IMG/VR virus record: IMGVR_UViG_3300033073_001753
Coordinates: 4,390 to 68,389 of that record
Source of the DNA: a virus
Lineage: Duplodnaviria > Caudoviricetes
Direction: 5' to 3' (one strand)
Length of the DNA stretch: 64,000 nt
The stretch's first letter is position 1. Each line of letters starts with the position of its first letter. Below, piece after piece: positions 1 through 8,904 of this stretch. The notes below the pieces were generated by a model. That model worked only from the letters and a program-made list of their open reading frames with translations. It was not told the origin of the DNA and made no database searches. Both the position numbers and the translations under genes were made by a program.

Positions 1-822
1 ACTTTTAATAAAAGAAAATGTTCATACAATGAATTAAATAATACTTCAACAATTAATGCAAATTTACAAAATCAAGAAGCTGTTTCAAATGTACCTGATG
101 GCGTTAATTTATATGGAAATTATGTAATTTTATGTCCACATCCTACTAAGTCAAGTGTTAATTTTACAATGAATATGACAGCTATTGGTTCATATTTAGT
201 TTTTTTAACATATGACACTAATTTCTGGGGATATTCAGGTTATGTTCCAGGTAAATATTCAGGTTATACAAATAATATAGATAGTTCTTCTCCTATTTCT
301 ACTGGATTAACATTTAATTTAACAAGGTCATCATCTACAATACAATTCATGATAATGAAATACATAAATGGATTTGACACAGGTAGTCCTGTTTTAATAA
401 ATTCTAGCACTAGCTTTAAAAGATATAATGGTGACATATTTTGTTCTTATAATGTTTGGTATGCATCAAAATATGAATATAATGTTAATACACAAGAAAT
501 TACAAAACTATCAACAGGAGTAGATTATTCACAAATTATGCCTCAAAATTATCGATATTTTATTTATGATAGACCTTCATATACATTAGTATCAAATGAA
601 TTTATTGCTAATCTTAGAGGAAATATTCCAGGAATAAGTTCTTACGTAAGAAGTGATAGTGTAGGAACAGGAGGGACATATGTATTTAGACAAATGATAG
701 ACGAATCAATGTATTCAACAATAGGTCCTGATATGACTTTAGCAAATGATTTACAGGTTAATGCAGGAACAAAACCTTCTTACACACAGAATAGTCAAAG
801 AACATATTGGAGAATAATTTAA
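1..822 (+). CDS. Tail fibre/adhesin-like protein, 5'-truncated by the window edge
   Basis: Frame 1 is open from base 1 (TFNKRKCSYNELNN...) through the track's ORF start at 169, so the gene begins upstream. S/T/Y/G/N-rich, ends YWRII; TAATG overlap with the next gene. Confidence 0.5.
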   Translation, partial: TFNKRKCSYNELNNTSTINANLQNQEAVSNVPDGVNLYGNYVILCPHPTKSSVNFTMNMTAIGSYLVFLTYDTNFWGYSGYVPGKYSGYTNNIDSSSPISTGLTFNLTRSSSTIQFMIMKYINGFDTGSPVLINSSTSFKRYNGDIFCSYNVWYASKYEYNVNTQEITKLSTGVDYSQIMPQNYRYFIYDRPSYTLVSNEFIANLRGNIPGISSYVRSDSVGTGGTYVFRQMIDESMYSTIGPDMTLANDLQVNAGTKPSYTQNSQRTYWRII

Positions 823-1682
823 TGTCAGCTTTTATGAATAAAAAGATAAAATTAGGTATATCATCTTCTGTATCATCAGGCACTCAAGCCGTAACAGGTG
901 CAGCAGATTTAACAATATTTAATACAAATGGAATTGATGTAGTAAGTGGACCTTCTCCTCATATATATTTTCCTACTTCTTCTACGATATATCTTCCAAA
1001 AGGATTTTATTATTTTGTTGAATGTTCTTTAAAAATGTATAGATCGACAAATGGAAATTATTTAGATTATGCCATAGTTGATAATTCAAATACAATATTG
1101 TCAAATACATCTAGAGTTACAATTGTAAGTGACGTAGGAGGTATTAACTTTTCATATCCTAGAAAAGCATATGCTTTTATTGATTGTATATCTTCTTCAA
1201 AAACAATTAAGATAAGAACACTTTCTACATATGATATAACATCAGCCATATCAGGAGTATCTTTGACAATAAATGGAAATCAAGATGCAACTTCTTCTAC
1301 GAATTTTGTGCATTCAGAACCTTTATCTCATATTATTATTAAATCATGGAATAGTAATAATTTTAATTCAAATATTAGATTGTCTTCAAGTCTTGTTGCT
1401 TTAACTTCAACATCACAATTGACGTCATCGGCTTTAAATAAATATCATACTTATTCATTGGTAAATACAGGATATGTATATTATATGCCTGTTAGTCCTA
1501 GTTTAAATGATGTAGTAGGATTTACACATCTTTCAGGCACAGGAAATTTTCAAGTAAGAAAAGATGCATCAAGTGTTTATTTAACTCCTGTATTGGATCT
1601 TTACTCTTTAAGAAAAACATATGTTTTTAAATGGGATGGTTCTGATTGGATTGATATAGGTGAATTTATTATTTCAAATTAA
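822..1682 (+). CDS. Tail fibre-associated structural protein
   Basis: The track's 807 start is TTG; ATG at 822 overlaps the upstream TAA and follows GGAG at 809-812. Ser/Thr-rich; C-terminal small beta module (YYMPVSPSLNDVV...FKWDGSDW) like those in the neighbouring genes. Confidence 0.5.
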   Translation: MSAFMNKKIKLGISSSVSSGTQAVTGAADLTIFNTNGIDVVSGPSPHIYFPTSSTIYLPKGFYYFVECSLKMYRSTNGNYLDYAIVDNSNTILSNTSRVTIVSDVGGINFSYPRKAYAFIDCISSSKTIKIRTLSTYDITSAISGVSLTINGNQDATSSTNFVHSEPLSHIIIKSWNSNNFNSNIRLSSSLVALTSTSQLTSSALNKYHTYSLVNTGYVYYMPVSPSLNDVVGFTHLSGTGNFQVRKDASSVYLTPVLDLYSLRKTYVFKWDGSDWIDIGEFIISN

Positions 1683-1718
1683 TTGAATATTTTTATATAT
1701 AAATCTAAAAGGATTAAA

Positions 1719-2483
1719 ATGACATTTCAGACATTAAAAACAGTAAAATCAAAAGCAATTGCTCCAGCATTTGTGAGTGGATCACATACAAATATATCTT
1801 TTACATATGACGCAAATAATCAAGTAGTAAATGCATCAGGATCTTTAGGTGGAGGTGGCGGAGGTTCTTCAACTGGATTAACTACAGTTTCTTCTTTTCC
1901 AGGTAATGCTTATACAATATCTTCACCTTCTAATTCTGAAGAAATATATTTAATATCAAATAGCTCAACTGCAGTTACAATTAATTTACCTACTTCTGTA
2001 GGATTAAATACCAAGAAAATAAGAATAAAAAGATTAGGAACTGCAAATGTAACAATTGACGCATATCAAACAGAAACAATTGATGGTCAATTAACAAAAA
2101 TATTAAATAATCAATATTCAACAATTACTCTAATAAGTGATAATTCAAATTGGTTTATTGTGAATGAAGCAGTTATTACAAATGAAGTACAAACTGTTTC
2201 AACTACGTCAACATTAAGTTTGACTAGCCCTAATACTTTAGTAAGATGTACAAATAGTTCAACAATCACATTAACTTTACCTACTGCTTCGACAGTACCT
2301 GGATATAGAATAGAAATAAAAAGATGTAGTACCGGTCAAATAAATATTGCAACATCTACTAATCAAATATTTTTAGATTCAACGACATTGATAGGTATAT
2401 CAAGTGGAACAATGTTAGTCTTAAATACTGTAGGTCAATCATGGACACTTATTGCACATGCTTCAGGTTGGGATGTAATATAA
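1719..2483 (+). CDS. Tail fibre/baseplate-linker protein with two T4 gp9/gp10-like small beta modules
   Basis: ATG 1719 follows AAGGA (the track's 1683 start is TTG). Gly linker GGGGGGSS, then two repeats: TINLPTS...RIKRLGTANVTID...TIDGQ...ITLISDNSNWFI and TLTLPTA...EIKRCSTGQINI...WTLIAHASGWDVI. Confidence 0.55.
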   Translation: MTFQTLKTVKSKAIAPAFVSGSHTNISFTYDANNQVVNASGSLGGGGGGSSTGLTTVSSFPGNAYTISSPSNSEEIYLISNSSTAVTINLPTSVGLNTKKIRIKRLGTANVTIDAYQTETIDGQLTKILNNQYSTITLISDNSNWFIVNEAVITNEVQTVSTTSTLSLTSPNTLVRCTNSSTITLTLPTASTVPGYRIEIKRCSTGQINIATSTNQIFLDSTTLIGISSGTMLVLNTVGQSWTLIAHASGWDVI

Positions 2484-2518
2484 ATATAAAATATATTTAA
2501 TTAAAAAGGAAATAAAAA

Positions 2519-3046
2519 ATGACATTTTACGCCTCATTAATGTATAAAGATGTAACATCAACTCCCGATGTATCGAATTCAAAGTCGCATTTATGGGAAC
2601 CTACATCTATTACAGTTGGCCCAACAGGTTTTACTATTAATAAAGTTTCATCAACACTATACAATCCTTTATTTTACAATTCTGACAATATCACACTTCC
2701 ATTTCAAGCTTCTTCTTGGACAGGAAATTATGCAAATTATGTAATTGTAAATAATGGTTCATCAAATTGGAATTTAACTTTACCTTTAGGTCCTGGAGGA
2801 GGAACAGGAACATATTCAAGTAAAACTATGCATATAACAATAAAGAAAACAGGATCTGGTACATTAACATTATCGACACCTGTAGATACTGTAGGAACTC
2901 GTATAAGAGGAATTAATACAACTTCAAATAAAAGTTATGTTATGTCTTCAAATACTGAACAAACTATAACTTTATTATACGTTTCTGGTTTAGATTCGAC
3001 AGGAGCAACATCAACGACATCAGAGATATGGTTTGTAATATCTTAA
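2519..3046 (+). CDS. Short tail-fibre-like protein, paralog of the N-terminal module of the next gene
   Basis: AAAGGA RBS; shares NNGSSNWNLTLPLGP and KTGSGTLTLSTP.DTVGTRIRGINTTSNKS with 3069..4286. Confidence 0.55.
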   Translation: MTFYASLMYKDVTSTPDVSNSKSHLWEPTSITVGPTGFTINKVSSTLYNPLFYNSDNITLPFQASSWTGNYANYVIVNNGSSNWNLTLPLGPGGGTGTYSSKTMHITIKKTGSGTLTLSTPVDTVGTRIRGINTTSNKSYVMSSNTEQTITLLYVSGLDSTGATSTTSEIWFVIS

Positions 3047-3519
3047 AAATAAAAAGGTAATAATAAAAATGACATTTTCAGGCGAATATTTTTTAAATAA
3101 TAAAGCAGGCAAAAGTACTAGCATCAATATTTCATCAGGCGTTTCTAGAAATTACGATAAACCTTCTTATGGTGTATCTGCATTAAATATAGCAGGATAT
3201 CCAAGTTTTTCACCTCATATTGTTAGTTCAGGGATTTCTACTACAACATTTATAAATAACAATAATACTATATTATCTAATTCTTCTACTAGTTATTTTT
3301 CATCATATGCAAATTATATTATTATAAATAATGGTTCATCAAATTGGAATTTAACTTTACCTTTAGGACCATCAACAGTAAGTACAACTTCTCCTTGGTC
3401 AAATAGTGGATTTGAGTTATATATAATTAAAACAGGATCTGGTACATTAACATTATCGACACCTGATGATACTGTAGGAACTCGTATAAGAGGAATTAAT
3501 ACAACTTCAAATAAAAGTT
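2748..3519 (+). repeat. Two-block direct repeat shared by adjacent genes: 43 bp identical (2748-2790 / 3325-3367) and 91 bp with 2 mismatches (2846-2936 / 3429-3519)
   Basis: Base-by-base comparison of the two copies. Confidence 0.9.
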
Positions 3520-4286
3520 TTATATTATCTTCTTCAAATAGACAAGTAATTAAATTATTATACTCATATAATATTGATAGTGATGGAAATACTGATACAA
3601 CATCTGAAATTTGGCATATTATACAAAATAGTATTTTAAATCCTAGTAATCAAAATGGTAGTTTATTATTTACTGGTACAACATCTTCATATTTAACAAT
3701 TGCAAATGATGAAGATTTGAGATTTGGAACAGGAGACTTTACAATTGAATGGTGGCAATATGAAACAGATAGTAATGCAAATCCTAGGATATTTTCAATG
3801 GGAACATATCCTTCTGCATCAATTGGTGTTTCTATAGAAGGGGGAACTTTTTATTTTTGGATAAATGGTTCACCAAATAGTTTAGGTTCGGCTGTTACTT
3901 ATAAAAATATATATACACATTTTGCAATAGCAAGATCGGGTAGTACAATTAAAGTATTCAAAAATGGAGTACAGTTAGGTTCTAATATTACATCTTCATA
4001 TAATTTTAATGATTCAACCAATGATTTAAGAATAGGTAATGAACAAACTATTTCTTCAAGTAGCTCTTTTGGTGGAAATATAAAAGGATTTCATTGGGTA
4101 AAAGGAACTGCACTTTATTCAACAACATTTAAACCTAATTATAATTCAATTACTCCACACGCTAATTCTAAATTATTATTAAATGTAGCAGATTCTTCGA
4201 ATTTAGTAACTGATTCTAGTGGATTAAATAAAACAGTAACAAATACTGGAGTTACATTTTCTACAATTACACATCCATTTTATTAA
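3069..4286 (+). CDS. Receptor-binding/tail-fibre protein with C-terminal LamG/ConA-like lectin domain
   Basis: FGTGDFTIEWWQY...RIFS...YTHFAIARSGSTIKVFKNG...LRIG...FGGNIKGFHWVKGTALYSTTF is the typical phage LamG-like pattern; AAAGGT RBS. Confidence 0.75.
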   Translation: MTFSGEYFLNNKAGKSTSINISSGVSRNYDKPSYGVSALNIAGYPSFSPHIVSSGISTTTFINNNNTILSNSSTSYFSSYANYIIINNGSSNWNLTLPLGPSTVSTTSPWSNSGFELYIIKTGSGTLTLSTPDDTVGTRIRGINTTSNKSFILSSSNRQVIKLLYSYNIDSDGNTDTTSEIWHIIQNSILNPSNQNGSLLFTGTTSSYLTIANDEDLRFGTGDFTIEWWQYETDSNANPRIFSMGTYPSASIGVSIEGGTFYFWINGSPNSLGSAVTYKNIYTHFAIARSGSTIKVFKNGVQLGSNITSSYNFNDSTNDLRIGNEQTISSSSSFGGNIKGFHWVKGTALYSTTFKPNYNSITPHANSKLLLNVADSSNLVTDSSGLNKTVTNTGVTFSTITHPFY

Positions 4287-4291
4287 AATAT

Positions 4292-4320
4292 TTGTATTTT
4301 TGAGTTATTTTTCTTATAAT
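4292..4320 (+). promoter_or_regulatory. Host sigma70-type promoter (TTGTAT-17 bp-TATAAT)
   Basis: TTGTAT at 4292-4297, 17 nt spacer, TATAAT at 4315-4320; intergenic, 23 nt upstream of the nuclease ATG with an AAGGT RBS. The AT-rich background lowers specificity. Confidence 0.55.
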
Positions 4321-4343
4321 TTTTTTATTTATAAAGGTAAATT

Positions 4344-5177
4344 ATGTCTCAATTATTAAAAGAACATGTTTCATATTCTGAAGTTCGAACATGGAAAGAT
4401 TGTTCATGGAAACATAAATTGTTGTATTTGGATAAAATTGAGACTTTTGAAGAAAGTCCACATTTGTATTATGGTAAAATTGTTCATGATGGTGTTGAAC
4501 ATTTTTTAAAGACAAAAGAATTAAAACTTTTAGAAGTAGAAGAAAATTTAAAAAGAGAATGGGTAAGGGTAGATTTTGATGGTAAGTGGAAAGAAGAGCA
4601 ACAACTTAAAAATAAAGACTATAAACATATCCAATTTAAAGATTGGTTATTATGGGCACAAAATAGTTTAAATGCATTACCAAAATGGATGGATGAAAAT
4701 TTTCCTAATTGGGAAACTGTTTCGGCTGAAGAAATGTTATATGAAGAATTGCAAGATTTACCTTTAAAGTTTAAAGGATTTATTGACTGTATTATTAAAG
4801 TACCTCAAAAAACTGAAGGTAAATGGAAATATTATATTCTGGACTGGAAAACAGCATCAGCTCGAGGTTGGGATTTAGAGAAAAAGCAAGATTTTTTAAC
4901 TCATATGCAATTATTGCTATATAAACATTTTTGGATGACAAAGAACAATTTAACATCTAGAGATGTACAATGTGCATTTGTTTTGTTAAAAAAAGTTTCA
5001 AATGTAGAAAAAGTATGTCAAATGATACCAATAAGTTCAGGACCCACTAGTATGGAAAATGCATTAAAAGTTGTTAGATCTATGATCAAAACAATTACAA
5101 AAGAAAATCCAATGTATTTAAAAAATAGAACTTCTTGTACTTATTGTCCATTTTACAATACTGATCATTGCAAATAA
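4344..5177 (+). CDS. Cas4/RecB-like PD-(D/E)XK exonuclease with probable 4Fe-4S cluster
   Basis: HVSYS...DC (N-terminal Cys), YYGKIVH, FKGFIDC, ILDWKT, QLLLY and C-terminal CTYCPF...C: the 1+3 Cys layout of Cas4/AddB-type nucleases. Confidence 0.85.
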   Translation: MSQLLKEHVSYSEVRTWKDCSWKHKLLYLDKIETFEESPHLYYGKIVHDGVEHFLKTKELKLLEVEENLKREWVRVDFDGKWKEEQQLKNKDYKHIQFKDWLLWAQNSLNALPKWMDENFPNWETVSAEEMLYEELQDLPLKFKGFIDCIIKVPQKTEGKWKYYILDWKTASARGWDLEKKQDFLTHMQLLLYKHFWMTKNNLTSRDVQCAFVLLKKVSNVEKVCQMIPISSGPTSMENALKVVRSMIKTITKENPMYLKNRTSCTYCPFYNTDHCK

Positions 5178-5206
5178 TATATTCTATAAATTTTAAGGAT
5201 TATATA

Positions 5207-6466
5207 ATGAAAAAGAAAAAAATATTAATGATTAGTGATCATGCATTAACAACGTCAGGTGTTGCAACACAAAGTAGACATTTGATTGAGGGTTTATTAA
5301 AAACTAATCAATATCAAGTAATTCAATTAGGTGCAGCAGTTAGACATGAAAATTATAATATTGTTAAATTATCAGATGATTTTTTAATTAAACCTATTGA
5401 TGGATTCGGAAATAAAGAAATGATAAGAGGTTTATTAATATCTGAAAAACCTGATGCAATTTTAATATTTACAGATCCTAGATTTTTTACATATTTATTT
5501 GAAATGGAAGATGAAATTCATCAAGTTTGTCCTATATTGTATTGGCATGTTTGGGACAATAGACCAACTCCTCATTTTAATAAGAAATATTATGATGCAG
5601 TTGATACTATCAATTGTTTATCATATTTGACATATGAGATGTGTAAAGAAATTGTACCTGATAAAACATATTATATTCCTCATGCTATTCCTCAAAATAT
5701 GTTTTATCCTTTGAATGAAGATGAAATTGCAAAAAATAGACAAAAGTTGTTAGGAGATGAGAAAAAAGATTGGTTTGTATCTTTATGGGCAAATAGAAAT
5801 TGTAGAAGAAAAAGACCAGGTGATTTAATTTATTCATGGAAAAATTTTATTGATAGATTAGAAAAAGAGGAAGGTCATAGAAAAGCATTATTGATATGTC
5901 ATACTGAACCTTTTGATCATGAAGGTCAAGATTTAATGTATATTGCTAGACAATTAGGAATTGAAGATAATATTATTTATTCTAGAAATAAAATTGGATT
6001 TAATGAAATGAATATTTTGCATAATATTGTTGATTGTTATATTAATATTAGTTATGCTGAAGGATTTGGTTTAGGAACATTAGAAGCAATGCAATGTGGA
6101 AAACCAATTATTGCATTAACTACTGGAGGTCAAACAAGACAAATTATCGATTGGCGTGATAATTCTTTAAATGGTATTATGTTACCTGTTGAGTTTGCAA
6201 CATATTCAGGAAATCAAAATGCAAAACAAATTTTAGAAGATTTTGTGTCAGTTGAAACAATTGGAAAATCTTTATTTGACATGTACTTATTAGGTGTTGA
6301 AGGAAGAAAAAAATTAGGTCAAAAAGCAAGAGCATATGCATTATTTGAATTCAATTATGATGATATGATTAGAAATTGGGCAAATAGTATTAATGAAACA
6401 ATTAGTAATTGGAAATCAAAAAGAGAAAATTTTGAAATAGTAAATTTATTAGGTGAAAGGATTTAA
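5207..6466 (+). CDS. Glycosyltransferase, GT-B fold (GT4-like)
   Basis: ILMISDH...SGVATQSRHL at the N-terminus; NRNCRRKRPGDL; EGFGLGTLEAMQCGKPII (E-x7-E motif). ATG 5207 follows AAGGA; the track's 5168 start is TTG. Confidence 0.9.
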   Translation: MKKKKILMISDHALTTSGVATQSRHLIEGLLKTNQYQVIQLGAAVRHENYNIVKLSDDFLIKPIDGFGNKEMIRGLLISEKPDAILIFTDPRFFTYLFEMEDEIHQVCPILYWHVWDNRPTPHFNKKYYDAVDTINCLSYLTYEMCKEIVPDKTYYIPHAIPQNMFYPLNEDEIAKNRQKLLGDEKKDWFVSLWANRNCRRKRPGDLIYSWKNFIDRLEKEEGHRKALLICHTEPFDHEGQDLMYIARQLGIEDNIIYSRNKIGFNEMNILHNIVDCYINISYAEGFGLGTLEAMQCGKPIIALTTGGQTRQIIDWRDNSLNGIMLPVEFATYSGNQNAKQILEDFVSVETIGKSLFDMYLLGVEGRKKLGQKARAYALFEFNYDDMIRNWANSINETISNWKSKRENFEIVNLLGERI

Positions 6467-6470
6467 TTGA

Positions 6471-7694
6471 ATGAGTAAAATTTTATTTGAAGCACCAATA
6501 TTAACATATTCAGGTTATGGTGTTCATTGTCGACAAATATTTAATTGGTTATATGACAATGTTGATTCATTTGATTGTGTGTTAAATGAATGGGGATCCA
6601 GTAATTGGATAGTATCAGAAGATATTGAAGATGGTATTTTAAAGAAATTAAAAAGTGAAAAGGTTAAAATTGTTAATGCAAATAATCATCAATTAGAATA
6701 TTATGATTATTATATAAAGGTTTCTACACCTGTTGAATTTTCAAAAAAAGCCAAATATAATATTGGTATTACAGCAGGTATTGAAGTAGATATATGTGGA
6801 TCAAAAATTATTGATTCTTGCAATTTAATGGATTTAATAATTGTACCATCATCATTTGCAAAACAAACTTTGATAAATACTTCAAAGAAACGTGATATTG
6901 AATTAAAACCTAATATAGAAATTATTCATGAATATTTTCCATCAAATTGGAAGAAGTATAATAATGAGTTTAAATTTAATATTGATGAAGAATTGAATAA
7001 AATTAAAACGGATTTTAATTTTTTATTGGTAGGACAAATTGCAATATTAACTCAATATGAAAGAAAAAATATGTTGAATTCAATATTGACATGGATTAAA
7101 GCTTTTAAAGACAATGAAAAAGTAGGATTAATTATTAAAACAAATTTGTCAAATTTTTCAAAGGATAATACATCCCGTTTATTAGGTGATTTAAATAACA
7201 TCTTTAAGGATATACCTTTATCTGTTAAAAAAAGAATTCACCTGATTAACGGGAGATTAGATGAATCAGAAATGTATAAATTATATACTCACACAAAGGT
7301 TTCATGTTTATATAATTTAGCGTATGCTGAAGGATTTTGTTTACCCGCTTTAGAAGCAGCCAGTGTAGGATTACCTGTTATAATTAGTTCATGGTCAGGT
7401 CAATGTGATTTTATGGATTTAACAGAAAAAAGAATTAGATTTAATCATAAGATAGACAATATTCAAAATGAATTTTTATCAGCGTGGGGTGGAATGTATT
7501 TAGATATGTTTGTTAAAGATTCAAAATGGGCATATCCTGAGTATGATGATGTGATTAAGAAAATGCAAAAGTTTTATGATCAACCTACTTTACCTAGACA
7601 ATGGGCAATGGATTTAAAAGAAAAAGTTAATGAAAAATTTTCAAAAGAAAAAATTGAAAAAGATTATAAAAGAATATTAGGATTTATAATATAA
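6471..7694 (+). CDS. Second glycosyltransferase, GT-B fold (GT4-like)
   Basis: APILTYSGYGVHCRQI; FNFLLVGQ...ERKNM; YAEGFCLPALEAASVGLPVI. Confidence 0.9.
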   Translation: MSKILFEAPILTYSGYGVHCRQIFNWLYDNVDSFDCVLNEWGSSNWIVSEDIEDGILKKLKSEKVKIVNANNHQLEYYDYYIKVSTPVEFSKKAKYNIGITAGIEVDICGSKIIDSCNLMDLIIVPSSFAKQTLINTSKKRDIELKPNIEIIHEYFPSNWKKYNNEFKFNIDEELNKIKTDFNFLLVGQIAILTQYERKNMLNSILTWIKAFKDNEKVGLIIKTNLSNFSKDNTSRLLGDLNNIFKDIPLSVKKRIHLINGRLDESEMYKLYTHTKVSCLYNLAYAEGFCLPALEAASVGLPVIISSWSGQCDFMDLTEKRIRFNHKIDNIQNEFLSAWGGMYLDMFVKDSKWAYPEYDDVIKKMQKFYDQPTLPRQWAMDLKEKVNEKFSKEKIEKDYKRILGFII

Positions 7695-7712
7695 AAAAAA
7701 GGTAATATCTCA

Positions 7713-8030
7713 ATGATATATATAATTATAATTTTATCGCTTCTTTTAATGATAGCTATTTACTTTGCAATTAAATTTGCATTAATAATAATAAATATTC
7801 AAGAAATAATTGAGGAAAGCTTGGATATTTTAGATGAAAAATATTCGATAATATCAAATATTTTATCGATACCAATCTTTTATGATTCAAAGGAGATAAA
7901 AGAAGTATTAAATGAAATAAAAGGTGTTAGAGATGCAATATTATACATCGCACAAAAATTATCATCAAATAGAGAAAAAATAGAAGAAGATGAAGACATA
8001 TATAAAACTGATTCGCAAAAAGAGAGTTGA
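7713..8030 (+). CDS. Small membrane-anchored coiled-coil protein
   Basis: Hydrophobic N-terminus (MIYIIIILSLLLMIAIYFAIKFALIII) followed by an acidic helical segment; AAGGT RBS. Confidence 0.6.
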   Translation: MIYIIIILSLLLMIAIYFAIKFALIIINIQEIIEESLDILDEKYSIISNILSIPIFYDSKEIKEVLNEIKGVRDAILYIAQKLSSNREKIEEDEDIYKTDSQKES

Positions 8031-8895
8031 TGAAGAAGGAAATTTGATTGTAGAACAGCCTAAAATTCCTGAAATAATCGAAGTTGTAAAAGTAAAATCA
8101 AAAAGAGGAAGAAAACCTAAAAATCAACAATTAACAACTCAAATATCTTCTCCTATAGATACTAAAGAAAATGTGAATATTGTCAAAAAAGAACCAGATA
8201 CGATGTATTTTTCAGATTTAACTCAAAAAAAAATTATGGAATATAAAAGTACAATTCGTGAAGATGAAAAAAGTAAAATCTACTTTGAATTTATTTATCC
8301 TGCATTTGAAACATTAGTTAATAAATTAATATCAGTTTATAATTTTAAATCTTTTGATGAAGAATTACAACATATGAAAAAAGATTGTATTTTCTTTTTA
8401 TTTGAAACAATACATAAATGGGATGAGTCAAAAGGTAAAAGAGCATTTTCTTATTTTAATGTTGTAGCAAAAAATTGGTTAATAATGAGATCAAAACAAA
8501 ATTACAATTATTCAAAAAGAAACGTCCAAGTTGAAGATTCTATTGATTTTTTGAATAAAAGTGAAATGTTAGGAATCAATGATAAATTAATTGATCCTAA
8601 AATGCCAGATGATGAAATTGTATATCATGAAAAATTTTTAGGTATTTTAGATATGATCGATTATATTGAAGATAAAGTTCATGATGAAAGAGATAAAAAA
8701 TGTATTGATACAATTAGAGTTGTATTTCAAAATATTGACAATTTAGAGTTCTTAAATAAGAAAGCTTTGTTTATTTATATGAGAGAAATTTCAGGATTAA
8801 ATAGTAATGAGTTAAGTGCATCTTTATCTAATATTCGTAAACATTATAAATATTATAAAGAATTAGAAGATGATGATAAAATTGATTGGTTGTGA
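7990..8895 (+). CDS. Phage late-transcription sigma factor, T4 gp55-like
   Basis: MYFSD...PAFETLVNKLI...KDCIFFL...KWDESKGKRAFSYFNVVAKNWLI resembles the gp55 sigma-2 region pattern (FD..K..(N/A)F(A/S)YF); lies directly before the structural block. Exact start uncertain. Confidence 0.65.
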   Translation: MKTYIKLIRKKRVDEEGNLIVEQPKIPEIIEVVKVKSKRGRKPKNQQLTTQISSPIDTKENVNIVKKEPDTMYFSDLTQKKIMEYKSTIREDEKSKIYFEFIYPAFETLVNKLISVYNFKSFDEELQHMKKDCIFFLFETIHKWDESKGKRAFSYFNVVAKNWLIMRSKQNYNYSKRNVQVEDSIDFLNKSEMLGINDKLIDPKMPDDEIVYHEKFLGILDMIDYIEDKVHDERDKKCIDTIRVVFQNIDNLEFLNKKALFIYMREISGLNSNELSASLSNIRKHYKYYKELEDDDKIDWL

Positions 8896-8904
8896 GATTA
8901 AATT

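Noticed and set aside
2748-3519. Diversity-generating retroelement (template/variable repeat) in the fibre genes
   Set aside because: The mismatches are not adenine-specific in one direction (e.g. TA vs AT, GTA vs ATT), both copies are coding and intact, and no reverse transcriptase is visible in the window.
7713-8030. Holin or spanin call for the small membrane protein
   Set aside because: It has a single TM helix and no adjacent endolysin, lipobox or overlapping o-spanin; the evidence is insufficient.
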